A stretch of DNA of 64,000 nucleotides from the human T2T-CHM13v2.0 reference genome, Homo sapiens. Below are positions 15,921 to 29,533 of this stretch, in pieces. The notes beneath the pieces are model-generated. The model was given only the letters and a program-made list of their open reading frames with translations, ran no database searches and was not told the DNA's origin. The position numbers and the translations under genes were made by a program. The stretch lies in NCBI RefSeq assembly GCF_009914755.1, contig NC_060928.1. The stretch is one strand, 5' to 3'. Position 1 is the first letter of the stretch, and every line of letters starts with the position of its first letter.

Positions 15921-16850
15921 TCTCCCTACAATCTTTCACAACCTCTGTACTCTCAAGTCTTAGCATAATCTGGGTTACCCATACATAGTCAAATTTATTT
16001 TTTAAGTATTTCTCACTCTTTCCTCCCACTCATTATTCATCATCCTTACCCAATATTGTGCTCATTCCTGCCTCTGTAACATTCCCTCTATCTCAAATGT
16101 CTCTTCAAATTACTCCCATCCTTCAAGGCTCTACCCAAATCCTACTCCACAGTACAGCCTCACCACCCCCTGGAGCATTCCACAGACTCCCCCACTTGCC
16201 ATGGTCTCTTTCTTCTCTCATCCTGTTATAGTCATTGTCTCTAATCCACAACCCTCACATTATTATCATTCTTGTCACTATCTCTGCTTTATAATTTAGA
16301 ACATTTTAAATAAATTCAGTCTGCTGAACATTTATATTTTAAATAGCATGAGAGCTACCCCATAAATGTTTGAATGCATGACATATATACCCTAAATATT
16401 TTAATGAATGAACTACAATATATAATTTAAAAGATAAATAACACATTTATCCTGTAAATAGAATATACCATAAATATCCTACAATTCTATTCTAGAATGT
16501 TATATTATTCATAAAGATAAACATATTGTTCAAAATATTGTTCATTGTTTATGTCATAGAATTTTGGAAGCAGAATGTTATTCGTGAACTTCATCATTTT
16601 ACTTGGTACAGAGGCCCAAATGACACAATAAGTAAGAAGCAGATGTGCGATAGACTCTAATCTTATGACAAACACTAAATACAGTATTTTTCACCTGTGC
16701 TTGTTGTTGTACCAGCTAGCTTTTAGCCTGCCTTATGTAGAATCACAGGACCTGTCTTAATTTTTTTATGTTCCATTATAATTTCTTGCAAAGTTCCAGG
16801 ACCATAAAACTCTAATAAGGTTTTGCTCTAAGAAGCACCCAGGAATTCCA

Positions 16851-19800
16851 GAGGGGGAAGGCAAGATGGCCAACTAGATGCAGCAAAGAAGTGCTACTCC
16901 CACGGAGAAAAACCAAGGGTTTGAGTAAATCAACATAATTTGGACAGATCTCTAGAAAGAAAATGCTTAAAGTAGATGGAGATGCAATGCAGATGCTGAG
17001 GCTGAGAAGGGAGAAGGCAGGCACAGGGTACTGGAGGCAGGGCTAGTCCCTGGCCCTCAACAGCTCCGGGGGAATAGGTTCATGATGGGACTGTGGGACT
17101 GCCCACCCTCACCATGTGCCTATGGGATCCTGGCTTAGAGGGCCCCGCATCCCCCATGGACACTTGATCTGACAAGGGGATCTGATTGGAGAGTAGATAA
17201 AGACAGAGCTTCATCCAGAATGGAACAGGAGCCTTTGTACATGGTGCAGCTCTGGCAGAACATGGTAATAGGTGTCCATAACCCAGGTCTCTCCATCTCC
17301 CTCCAAAAAGCTCTAGCCACAGCTGACCACTAGGCCAGAAGAAAGTAGAGCTGACTTCCCTGTGGAACTGGATCATGTCTGTTCTGCAGGCCTTCCAGCC
17401 TGCCAGCCCCTCTCAGGGCCACACCCTAGCAGCCCTGCAGGAACATATGCACAGTACAGCCTCTGCTGCCCAGCCTGGGTGCCTTGCTCCACCTGATTAT
17501 GTTCCTCGTGGCTTGGGAGCACTTTGGATTCCTCAGAGCACCCAGAATCCAACTCCAAGTACCTGAAGGATGGAGCCCCAATTCCATCCAAGTGCCCGAG
17601 GGCTGCAGCAGCCACCTCAGGAATGCCAAGCCAAGTTCTGTGGCTGGCACTCAAGTGGGAGAGGAGCTCACACTCTCAAAGCACTGAGAGGGGTGAGATG
17701 CCTATTCATGGGCTGGAGTGGGAGGGGGCATGCCTCCCTCCACAGGATTTGCCAGGAAAGGTTGTCTCCCATCTACCTGCTGCAACTTCGGACCAGGGAG
17801 CCCTGCAGCACAGACACCTAACAAAAGAAATGCAGACGCACTGTCAGTGATCAGAGGGACTCCCCCAAGGTCCAAGAGTGGACATGGTGAGGAGGTCACC
17901 TCTCTCCCTGCCCACTGCAGAGCACAGCTGCAAATGTGAGAAATACAGAGGAGCCATGCAGCTAGATAAGAGGCTATCTACTGCCCATTACTCTTCAGCA
18001 TCATCTACTGGATCCCAGCCCAAACTACCACGCCAAAAATATTTTGCTACTATACACCCCTGTGAAACCAAGGGCAAGAATTCAGCCACAAATAAAGGCC
18101 CTATAGAGAGGCTTGGGCATGTGAAAACATCCAGAAACAAATCCAACTGAAGTACTCAAATTACGTCATTGTTAAAGAAACACTGGACTTCTTAGATGCG
18201 AAAGAATCATGGTAAGACCTCTGGCAATTTAAAAAGTCAGAGTGTCTCCTCATCTCCAGATGAATCCACTAGCTCCCCAGCAGTGGTTCTCAACCAGTCT
18301 GAAATGACTGAAATGACAGACATATTATTTAGAATCTGGATGGCAAGAAAGGTTGAGATTCAGAAGAAAATTGAAACCCAATTCAAGGAATTTATTTATA
18401 CTATCCAAGAGATGAAATATGAAATATCCATTTTAAAAACGAACTAAACTGAACTACTAGAGCTGAAAAATTCAGTATAAGAATTTCATAATACAATTAG
18501 AAGTATTAACAGCAGAATAGACCAAACTGGGAAAAGAACTTCAGAGCTTGAAGACTGGCTCTTCGGGCCAACTCAACTCAGACAAAACTAAAGAAAAATA
18601 ATTGTTAGAAATGAACAAAACCTCTGAGAAATATGGGTTATGTAAAGACACCAAATTTATGATTCATTGGCATTCTTGAGACAGAATAAGCAACTGGGAA
18701 AATATATTTGAGTATATTTCCCTAATCACACTAGAGAGGTTGAGTTGCAAATTCAAGAAATACAGAGAACCTAGGCTGCATACTATATGAGATAACCATC
18801 CTTAAGGCACACAGTCATCAGATTCACCAAGGTCAATGCAAAAGAAAAAATCTTAAAGGCAGCTAGAGAGAAGAAGGGTCAAGTCATGTACAGAGGGAAT
18901 CCCATTAAGCTAGCAGCACACCTTTCAGCAGAAACATTACAACCAGAAGAGATTGAGAGCCTATTTTTAGCATTTTTAAAAACAAAATTTCCAACCAAGA
19001 ACTTCATATGGCACCAAACTAAGCTTCTTGGGAGAAACAGATATAAAATCCTTCTCAGATAAGCAAATGCTGAATGAATTCATTTCAACTAGACTGGCCT
19101 TAGAAGAGGTTCTTAGGGAGTGCTGAACATGGAATTGAAAAGCAACACCTGCTACCCCAAAAACACACTTAAGCACACAGCCTGCAGGCACTATAATCCA
19201 CCTAGACAATCAAGTCTTCATAACAACCAGCTAACAACATGATGACAGGACCAAAATCTCACAGATCCATACTAATCCTGAATGTAAATGAGCTAAATGC
19301 CCCACTTAAAAGACACAGAGTGGCAAGCTAGATAAAAAGACAAGACCCAACCATTTGCTGTCTTCATGAGACCAATTTCACATGTAATGGTACCCACAGG
19401 CGCAAAGTAAAAGGATGGAGAAAGATCTACCATACAAATGGAAAATATACAAAGATCAGGAGTGGCTATTCTTATATTAGATAAAACAAACTTCAAACCA
19501 ATAAAAATTTAAGAAGACAAAGAAGGGCAATACATAACAATAAAGAGTACAATCCGACAACAAGACTTAACTATCCTAAATATATATACACCCAACATTG
19601 GAGCACCTAGATTCATGAAACAAATTCTTCTTCACCCACAACAAAACTTAGACAACTATACAATAATAATGGGAGATGTCAACACCCCACTCACAATGTT
19701 AGACAGATACTCAAGGCAGAAAACTAATAAACTCCGGACTTAAACTTGACACCTGACCAACTAGATCTAATAGATATCTACAGAACTAGTCCACCCAACA

Positions 19801-22800
19801 ACCACAAAATACACATATTTTTCATCTGCACATAAAACATATTCTAAGACTGACCACATGTTTGTTCACGAAGGAAGTCTCAATAAATTTTAACAAACTG
19901 AAATCATACCAAGAACATTCACCAACCTCAGTGCAATTTAAAAAATCAATATCAAGAAGGTCTCTCAAAACTACACAATTATATGGAAATTAAATAACTT
20001 GCTCCTGAATAACTCCTTGGTGAACATCAAAGTTAAGGCAGAAACCAAAAAATTCTTTGAAATTAATGAAGGCAGGGACACAACTTACCAAAATCTCTGG
20101 GATGCAGCTAAGTTAGTGTAAAGAAGAAAGATTATAGCATTAAATGCCTTCATCAAGAAGTTAGAAAGATCTCAAATTAACAATCTACCTTTGTACCTAA
20201 GGGAACTAAAATAAAGGAACAAACATACCCCCACAGCTGGCAGAAAAAAATAAATAACTAATATTAAAGAAGAATTAAATGAAATTGAGATGCCAAAATC
20301 CATATAAAAGACCAATGAAACCAAGAGTTGTTTCTTAGAAAAAAATAAACACGACCGATAGACCACTAGCTAGAATAACAAAGAAAAATAAAGAGAATAT
20401 CCAAAAAAGAACAATCAAAAATGACAAAGATAACATTACAACTAATCCCACAGAAATAGAAATATCCTTAAAAATACTATGAATATCTCTACTCACATGA
20501 ATTAGAAAATCTAGAGGAAATGGATAAATTCCTGGAAATGCAATCTCCCAAAACTGAATCATTAAGAGTTTGAAACTCTGAAAAGACCAATATCAAGCTC
20601 TGAAACTGAATCAGTAATAATAATAAAAAAAAAAAACCCTACCCACCAAAAAAAGCACTGGAGCAGATGGATTCACAGCCGAATTGTACCAGACATACTA
20701 AAATGAACTGGTACCAATCCTACTGAAATTATTCCAAAAAATTGAGGAGAAGGGGCTTCTTCCTCACACATTCTGTGAAGCAAGCATCAGCCTGATACCA
20801 AAATCTGGCAGAGACACAATGAAGAAAAAAAACTTAGGCCAATATCTCCGATGAACATAGATGCAGAAATTCTCAACCAAATACTAGGAAAACAAATCCA
20901 GCAGCACATCAAAAATTTAATATGCCACAATCAAGTCAGCTTTATTTCTAGGACGCAAGGCTATTTCAACATATGCAAATCAATAAATGTCATTTACCAC
21001 ATAAACAGAATTAAAAGCAAAGCCATATGATCATCTCAATAGATGCAGAAAAGCTTTCAATAAAATTCAACATACCTTCATGATAAAAACCCTTAACAGT
21101 CTAGGCATTAAAGGAACATATCTTAAAATAATAAGAGACATCTATGACAAACTCACAGCCAATGTCATACTGAACAGGCAAAAGCTGGAACCACTACTCT
21201 TGAGAACTGGAATGAGATAAGGATGCCCACCCTCACCACTCCTATAGCACTGGAAGTCCTAGCCAGAGCAATCAGACAAGAGAAAGAAATAAAGCATCCA
21301 AATAGAAAAAGAAGTCAAACTATCTCTCTTTGCTGATGATATGATTCTATACCTAGAAAATGCTAAAGATTCTGCCAAAAGGTCCCTAGAACTGATAAAT
21401 GACTTCAGGAAAGTTTCAGGATACAAAATCAATATACAAAAATCAGTAGTGTTCCTATACATATATCAATAATGTTAAAGCTGAGAGTCCAATGAAGAAT
21501 ACAATCCCATGTACAATAGCCACAAATAAAATGAAATATCTAACAATACAGCTAGCCAAGGAGGTAAAAGATCTGTACAAGGAGAACTAAAAAACACTGA
21601 TGAAATAAATCAAAGACAATACAAATAAATGAAAATACTTTTCATGCTCATGGATTAGAAGAATCAGTATCATTAAAATGGCCATACTGCTTAAAGCAAT
21701 TTACAGATTCAACACTACTATCATATTACAAATGCTATTTTTAAATAAATATAAAAAAACTGTTCTAAAATTCACATGAACCAAAAAAGAGCCCGAATAG
21801 CCAAAGCAATTCTAAGCAAAAAGAACAAAGCCAGAAGCATCAGACTACCTGACTTCAAACTATACTACAAAGCTACAGTAACCCAAACAGCATGGTACTG
21901 GTACAAAAGCAGACACATAGACCAATGGAACACAATAGAAAACTCAGAAATAAAGCCACACACCTACAATCATCTGATCTTTGGCAAGGCCAACAAAAGC
22001 AAGCAATAGGTAAAGCACTCCCTATTCAGTAAATGGTGCTGGGATAAATGGCTAGCCATATGCAGAAGAATGAAACTGGACCCTTACCTTTTACCATATA
22101 CAAAAATTAACTCAAGGTAATTTGCCTAGGCTGTAATCCTAAGCAAATTAAGTAAGCAAGTTAATTCAAATGCAGGACATCAAACTATAAAAATTTTAGA
22201 AGTAAATCTAAGAAATACTGTTTATGATATCAGCCTTGGCAAAGAATTTTTGGCTAAGTCCCCAAAAGCAATTGCAATGAAAACAAAAGTTGACTAGTGG
22301 GACCTAATTAAACTAAAGAGCTTCTGAACAGCAGAAGAAACTATCAGCAGAGTAAACAGACAACCTACAGAATGGGAGAAAATATTCACAAAGTGTGCAT
22401 CCAACAAAGGTCTAATATCCAGAGTCTACAAGAAACTTAAATCAATAAGAAAGAAACAACCAACCCCCTTTAAAAACAGGCAAAGGACATGAGCAGATGT
22501 TTCTTCAAAGAAGCAATCAGGCAAGAGAAAGAAATAAGGCATCTAAATAGAAAAAGAAGTCAAATTATCTCTCTTTGCTGATGATATGATTCTATACCTA
22601 GAAAATGCTAAATATCCTGCCAAAATAGTCTCTTTATTAAAAGAAGACATACAAGTAGCCAACAAACATGAAAAAATGTTCATCATCACTAATCATCAGA
22701 GAAATGCAAATCAACACCACAGTGAGATATCATCTACACCAGTCAGAATGGCAATTAGTAAGAAGTTAAAAGATAACAGATGCTGGTGAGGCTGCATAGA

Positions 22801-23449
22801 AAAGGGAATGCTTATACACTGTTGGTGGGAATGTAAACAAATTCAGCCGCTATGGAAAGAAGTTTGGAGATTTCTGAAAGAACTTAAAACAGAGCTATCA
22901 CTTGACCACAGATTCCATTACTGGGTATATACCCAAAGGAAAATAAATCATTCTACTAAAAAGATGCATACACTTGTATGTTTATCCCAGCACTATTCAA
23001 AATAGTAAGATAAACAATCAAACTAGATGCCAATCAAGAGTGAATTGGATAAAGAAAATGTGGTACAAATACACCATGGAATACTATGTGGCCATAAAAA
23101 AGAATGAAGTCATGTCTTTTGTAGTAACATGGATGTAACTGGAGGACATAATCCTAAACAAATTAACTCAGGAACAGACAACAAAATACCACATGTTCTC
23201 ACTTACAAGTGGGAGCTAAACCCTGAGCACACATGGACATATACACAAGAACAATAGACACTGTGGACTATTAGAGGGAGGAAGAAGGAAGGAGGACATA
23301 CACGGTGGAAAAACTACCTATTGGGTACTGTGCTTACTGCCTGGGTGACGGGATCCATACCGTAAATGTCAGCATCCCACAGTATCCCCAGGTAGTAAAC
23401 CTGCATGTGTACCCTCTAAAATAACGGTTGAATTTTTTTAAAAGGAAAA
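16851..23449 (+). mobile_element. Near-full-length old primate L1 (L1PA15-17/L1PB-like), ORFs disrupted
   Basis: 5' end GGCAAGATGGCCAACTAGATGCAGC; ORF1 remnants ~18.3-19.2 kb; ORF2 remnants incl. RT motif TTTGCTGATGATATG (FADD) ~21310 and ORF-track pieces [20 protein letters not shown]; L1 3'UTR; possible degenerate TSD GAATTCC. Confidence 0.93.
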
Positions 23450-24614
23450 GAATTCCTTAGGTGCCCAGGTAAATCCAAGCATGGCTGTACATTATTTTGG
23501 ATTTGACTAGCCAGGAAATATGTGTTTGTTTCCCATTAGTTCAACTATCTGAGAAAAAATATTGTTCAGTTGACAGAGATATATACACAGTTTGCTTAAC
23601 CTTCATGCACTCAAAATACTCTTAACAGTAAATCTGTATCAGTGTGCTGTGATACCAGAGGAAGTGTAATCCTAATAAATGTAGAACACCCAAATAAAAA
23701 AAGAAGCACTCATGTTTCTTTCTTATTATTTTTCAAAGTTACTAAATTTTCAAAGGTTACTAAGACTTGAAAGGGATTTCAAATTATTGCACAACAAAGT
23801 GTTTCATGAAGTCTCAGTTGTTTTCATTACATTTTTAAAAACATTTTTGGAGTAGTTTTTCACATAATTACTAAACTCCTCAAAAAGCGGAAATAGAATG
23901 GTATAGAAAGTGAATCAATAGGTAAATTTGCTCTTCTCCAAGAGTATATGGTTCCCAATGGTCTCACACCAGATTTGCAGAAACCCTGGGAAGTATTTTA
24001 TTCCTCATATTCATCTTACCACATGACTGTTTTGATTTTTGGAAAATGCAACTATGAAAATATGCAGTTCTAAAATAATGAATTGCATTGTGGGACCATA
24101 TATGCATTTTGAAAGGGTTATTTTAATGAGAGCAATTATCATAAGGTTGTTTCTCTAATGAATGTAAAATGTGTATACAATGATAAAATTGACTGTGCCA
24201 TCGACTTTGCAGAAAAGAAAAACACATGTTTTAATTATGGCATAAACATTCAGTACCTGTGATTAAAAACAAACAGCTTGAGTATGTATTACATAATGTA
24301 TAGCCAGATGGCAAGAAATGGCAGTGTATGACTTAGGTGACCTCTCCGTGGTCTTTGTTGTATAGTATCTACAGAGTTTGATGCAAAGCACAGTGAATAT
24401 CATGAAATTTTCTGTTAGCCCAAAGTCTTTTTTTTACTAGGAATAGAGGGCTCAATGGACCCCTTTTCCTCTTTCTACCAGTCCCATGTCCTCACACAGA
24501 TCTGGGAGAAGAAAAGGGAGGGCTTCGAATTTACTATACACCAGTTCATCTGCCAAGTACTCTGCCACTTATGCTAGTCAACAAGATAAAAACTTGCTTA
24601 TTTTAATGCTGCAA

Positions 24615-24647
24615 ACTGACTGTTTTATATTCTTTTCTATTTTTCAG
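24615..24647 (+). promoter_or_regulatory. NDST3: Branch point, polypyrimidine tract and 3' splice site of the first coding exon
   Basis: ACTGAC (branch A 24619), TGTTTTATATTCTTTTCTATTTTTCAG| ending at 24647. Confidence 0.85.
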
Positions 24648-24802
24648 ACTGTATTTTCTGTGAGTCCTGATCAAGTGATACAAATGAGCTGCAATGGTGA
24701 CATAAACTCTTGACAGAGATTGGAAAAGTAGCTGGAACACCATCTTTTCTTTTAACTTTTTATGGTGCTTCTGTTGGCATAGTTGGGGAAAGCACCTACA
24801 AC

Positions 24803-25783
24803 ATGAGTTTTATCATGAAGCTTCACAGACACTTTCAAAGAACAGTCATTCTGCTTGCCACTTTTTGTATGGTGAGCATTATCATTTCTGCTTACTACCT
24901 GTACAGTGGCTACAAACAGGAAAATGAACTCTCTGAGACGGCTTCAGAAGTTGACTGTGGCGACCTCCAACACCTACCATATCAACTAATGGAAGTGAAA
25001 GCAATGAAGCTTTTTGATGCCTCAAGGACAGACCCCACAGTCCTAGTATTTGTAGAGAGCCAGTACTCATCTCTTGGTCAAGACATCATTATGATTCTAG
25101 AATCAAGTAGATTCCAGTATCACATTGAAATTGCCCCTGGAAAGGGAGATCTCCCAGTGCTTATAGACAAAATGAAAGGCAAATACATTCTCATTATTTA
25201 TGAGAATATTTTAAAGTATATAAATATGGATTCCTGGAATCGAAGCCTTCTAGATAAATACTGTGTAGAATATGGTGTGGGTGTCATTGGATTCCACAAA
25301 ACTAGTGAGAAGAGTGTACAGAGCTTTCAGTTAAAAGGTTTCCCTTTTTCCATATATGGAAATCTTGCAGTAAAAGATTGTTGTATTAATCCTCATTCTC
25401 CATTGATTCGTGTGACCAAATCTTCCAAGCTTGAAAAAGGTTCTTTACCTGGAACTGACTGGACAGTTTTTCAGATTAATCATTCAGCCTATCAACCAGT
25501 AATATTTGCCAAAGTAAAGACCCCAGAAAACCTTTCTCCTTCCATCTCTAAAGGTGCTTTTTATGCCACTATTATACATGACCTGGGGCTTCATGATGGA
25601 ATTCAAAGGGTTCTTTTTGGCAACAACTTGAACTTTTGGCTGCACAAGCTCATCTTCATAGATGCCATCTCCTTCTTATCAGGGAAGAGGCTGACATTGT
25701 CCTTGGACAGGTACATTCTTGTGGATATTGATGATATATTTGTGGGAAAAGAGGGAACAAGAATGAACACCAATGATGTAAAG
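24803..25783 (+). CDS. NDST3: Bifunctional heparan sulfate N-deacetylase/N-sulfotransferase 3, first coding exon (aa 1-327; exon spans 24648-25783)
   Basis: [36 protein letters not shown] type II signal-anchor; NDST family motifs [57 protein letters not shown]; Kozak ACAACATGA; phase-0 donor AAG|GTAAGG after 25783. Confidence 0.97.
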
Positions 25784-25829
25784 GTAAGGCTCTATTTTCT
25801 CAAGTTTCAAAGTTCAGTTCATCTTCCAG

Positions 25830-25927
25830 CAGGGATACAACTATCCCAGTTTGTACTACAACTGGGTTACCCAGGACATGGGATTTACTGGGAAAGTCTG
25901 GGCAATCTAGGATTATCGCTCACCCTA
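25830..25927. mobile_element. MER81-like hAT-Blackjack MITE
   Basis: AGGGATACAACTATCCCAGTTTG...CCAGGACATGGGATTT...GGGAAAGTCTGGGCAA...TCACCCTA follows the recalled MER81 consensus (TAGGGTGACCAAC...GTTGGTCACCCTA). Confidence 0.7.
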
Positions 25928-25969
25928 AATCAACTAAGAAGATTATGTATTTCTATCTGAATCAAGAAA

Positions 25970-25975
25970 AATAAA
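25970..25975 (+). terminator. Candidate intronic polyadenylation signal
   Basis: AATAAA starting 10 nt after the in-frame TGA (25958-25960); GU-rich TTGAGTGTGG at 25991-26000. Confidence 0.6.
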
Positions 25976-27484
25976 GATTTTACTAAAAGATTGAGTGTGG
26001 CAGGATCCTGAAATGGTTTTCTACATGTATTTACAACTAGAGTAGAAGTCATTTCGTTTAATTACTTTCCAGAAACTATCTACCTCAAAAAAAAGCTATT
26101 ACTAATCTCAGACTTAGCTCATTTAAATATGAAATTAAAGTGAATTTGTCTTAATGATAATAAATATTTCCACAAATTTCAAGAATTACAGATCTCATTG
26201 TAGCAAGTTCAGATACTTTTGGAAGTCAAATATGCAGTGCATTTTCTCTTATCATATTTTTCTGAAACTGAAAATCAGTACTACTAAATATGAAGATCAA
26301 TGACTGTATAAGCATATTTATTCACATTTAAACATGAGGATTTAACTTGATTTCAGCGAACACTTCTGACACATATATGAAGCCAATCATGCCAAATTTA
26401 AATTGTATTACATTTCTTATTGTGTAAAACTGCTGCCCTTAAACAGAAAACAATTATTTGAAATAGTTTGTCATTATTATGAGTTGATTGTGTTACATAA
26501 ACAGCTGATTGTTTACTATTAAAAAATTTTAAAATTAAAGTTATCTACATTTGTCTTAGTTTCCAATTCGAAATGTCATAGGATTCTATCTCTGTTATAC
26601 TATGTATTGATTTCTCATAAAAGTGAGACTTTTGATACATAGTTTTTATTCTACAGTTTTGACCTTTTGGTAGAATATCTAGAATCAAATCAGAGAGCAA
26701 AAAATACATCTTGAAAACTTTGTTCTTTTCTCTAGTCACTAAGCATCTGGCAAATAATAGTAATGTTCATCACACTAGTTAAGTGGGCTAAGAATACCAG
26801 AAGGACCATTAAATGTTACTGTAAGAGAGTGTGAAGACTGAAAAGAAAAAAAACTTCCATATTCTTGGCACTATTTTAGTCTCTTCCTTTTAGCTAAACA
26901 GAAATTAATAAAGAAGCTGTATTTAAGTTTCCATTAAGTCTTTGTACTTACTTTTGAAAATATAGCTAAATTAAAACCAAGCTGGTAGTTTAAGCATTTA
27001 TTAGGTGTTTGAAGATTACAAGCAATATATAATTCTTCCATTTTTTTTCCATTTCAAATGATTTTGGTGAGAAATGTTTTCAATATGAATATATTTCTGA
27101 AGTGAAATTGTTTGAAACTGTCAAATATATATTGTTATAGAATTTTAAAATATGGTAAATAAATCCCTGAGTTTTGTATGTAGCCCCCTGTTTCCCCTAA
27201 TATTATACAAAATACAAAATGCCATTTGTGCTCCAGAAGTTAAGCCAGTTTTCAGGGGTATGAAAAATTAGAGGCTTATTGAACACATTAAAGAAAAATT
27301 TGGCATGTCTACTTTATGAACTGCTCATATTTAGATAGAAATATATTTTCTAAACTAACTAAATGCTTTTTTAAAAAATGTGTTTTGAATAATCTGGGTT
27401 TTTTAATTACTTCTAAATTGCATCTGTGATTGTGTCTCAAAACACTAATTTACTACAGTCAATTGCCCTGAGAGTATAAACAGT

Positions 27485-28760
27485 CATTCATGTATTCATT
27501 CTGTAACTAGTTATTAAGCGTGTACTACATGTGAAGCACTTTTTGGAACTTACAGATAGAATCTTGAACTGTAGTCCATTCCAGAGAAGAGGGGCAGGGG
27601 AGAGTAGAGTCATAGGAAAGCACATTGTGCTGAGCATCTATCCGTTCAGTTCTTGATATGGCTATATCCCATTCCAGACATAGAGGCAGGCTTTAGGGAT
27701 ACAATGATAAAGTGGGGGTGATAAATAGGTAAATAGCTTGCAACATGGTAAGCACAATAGCAAACATATCGACACAGTTTCATATAAATTATGTTGTGGG
27801 AAACACTACAGTGTGTGCTGTGTACCTGTAACTTAAGTATGTACTTAAGTATGTACTTAAGCATGTAGGACAGAGTTCAAAGGCAAGACTAGATTGATGT
27901 GATGATTTGGAAAGATGTAGCAGTAATTCAGACAAAGACAGCAATTTCTTGAAACCAGGAAATTGGAGTAAGAATGGAGAAGGAAGGACCAAATTAAGAT
28001 CTATTTAGGAAGTAAAATTGAACAACTTAGTAATTGGCTGAATGGAGATGAAAGAGAATATAATCATGACATTAGAATTTGTCATGAAAGAGAATATAAG
28101 GATGACTTTAGGATTTTTGGCATAGGTTGATAATTGTTGATGATGTGAACAACAGTAAGTAAGAGGATCATAGTGAAGATCATTAAAGGTCATAATAAAA
28201 ATTTCAGTTTTATTAAAGTCCATGTGGGATGCAGAGCATTTCACAGGTAGTTGCCTCACAGGAAAAGTCTGGGTAGGAAATACAGATTTCAAATTCATCA
28301 TCCTATAGGGAATCATTCACCACATGAAAGTGTGTGAGCTCAGCCAGGGAAAAAATTTAGAGTGATAAGAGAAGATGATCAAATGTAGAATATTGAGGAA
28401 AATCATCATTTAGAAGACAAGTAGAGGGAAATATCCCTTGAATAAGAGTTTGAAAGAACAGTCAGAGACCAGGAAGCTGAGATGCTATAGCTTCAGAAAA
28501 AGTGTGATCAGCAGTATAAAACCCAACAGCAGGGCCCACTGGGCTAAGGACTGGAGAGTCTCCTTTGGGAAAAGACAAAGATCACTGGGGACTCTTGCAT
28601 AATCTATGTGAATGGAATGATAGAGACCGAAGCCCATTTGCAGTAAGTTGGAGTCAGGAGTTGACTAAGGGGGTCAAGATGTGAAGAAAGAGAGTGTAGA
28701 GCACTCAGTGGAGACATTTTTGTATAAAGGAAAAAAGAGAAATTATACAGTAGCTAGAGG
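27485..28760 (-). mobile_element. L2 LINE fragment (degraded)
   Basis: CATTCATGTATTCATTC tail then purine-rich L2-like tract; boundaries approximate. Confidence 0.55.
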
Positions 28761-28772
28761 GTAGACTGGTTC

Positions 28773-28858
28773 TAGGAAGACCAACCGTCCTGGTTTGTCC
28801 AGGACTGAGAGTATTTGTTGCTAAAACGTAGAGTCCAAGAGTTAGATAGGGTGACCTA
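28773..28858. mobile_element. Second MER81-like MITE fragment
   Basis: TAGGAAGACCAACCGTCCTGGTTTGTCCAGGACTGAG...TGCTAAAAC. Confidence 0.65.
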
Positions 28859-29484
28859 ACTAAATCAGATAAGGAAGAATAATCAAAAATCATGAGGTCT
28901 AAAAAAATCATAAATTTTGTGATTAAGAGTATATAATTAGTATAAATGTTTAAATCAATTATTTTATTTAATTATTACCACTTATGAGCAAATATTATAT
29001 TTTCCCTATTTGAAGTATTGGGAAAATTTAAAAGAATGTGAGAAAATCAAAAGTTACATAAACTGTTATGTACAAAATTGGAAGGAGAGTGCAAGACATA
29101 AATTTTAACTAGCAAACTAATCACTGCATGGATGTTATTTTTTTTCTTATGTGGAATAGAAAATGTGCTTCCTTATTTAATGGGAAGATTTGAATAGCAA
29201 TGCAATATCAGCTTTACCCACCTAGATGTTGAATAATATGAGTATATTTTAAAGATCCTCAAAGCCACAGAAGAAACTGTGACATGGCACAAAGTGTTTC
29301 ATTCTTTGTGCCACAAAAAGACAAAAAAAAAAAAAAAACAGACCTAAGTTGAGGTCTTTGTTTGTCTAGGAATATGCAAGCTACAAGCCATAGCCTGTAA
29401 AGAACCAAAGAAGAAAATTGTTTAGATAATTCAAATATTCCTTTAAAAAGGCAGGACAAATTTCAGTGAAATTGAAGTCAGGAA

Positions 29485-29486
<2 letters not shown>

Positions 29487-29533
<47 letters not shown>

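Noticed and set aside
16851-23449. Active L1 or domesticated reverse transcriptase
   Set aside because: ORF1 and ORF2 are broken into short pieces by stops and frameshifts; same for the L1 at 42.2-49.3 kb
24710-24802. 31-aa N-terminal extension of NDST3 in the ORF track
   Set aside because: Starts at TTG, with an in-frame TGA at 24698; the ATG at 24803 has good context and gives the expected short cytosolic tail before the signal-anchor
25946-25960. CaaX-like end (CISI) of the read-through isoform
   Set aside because: The C-terminus of a type II Golgi protein is luminal and out of reach of cytosolic prenyltransferases; probably chance
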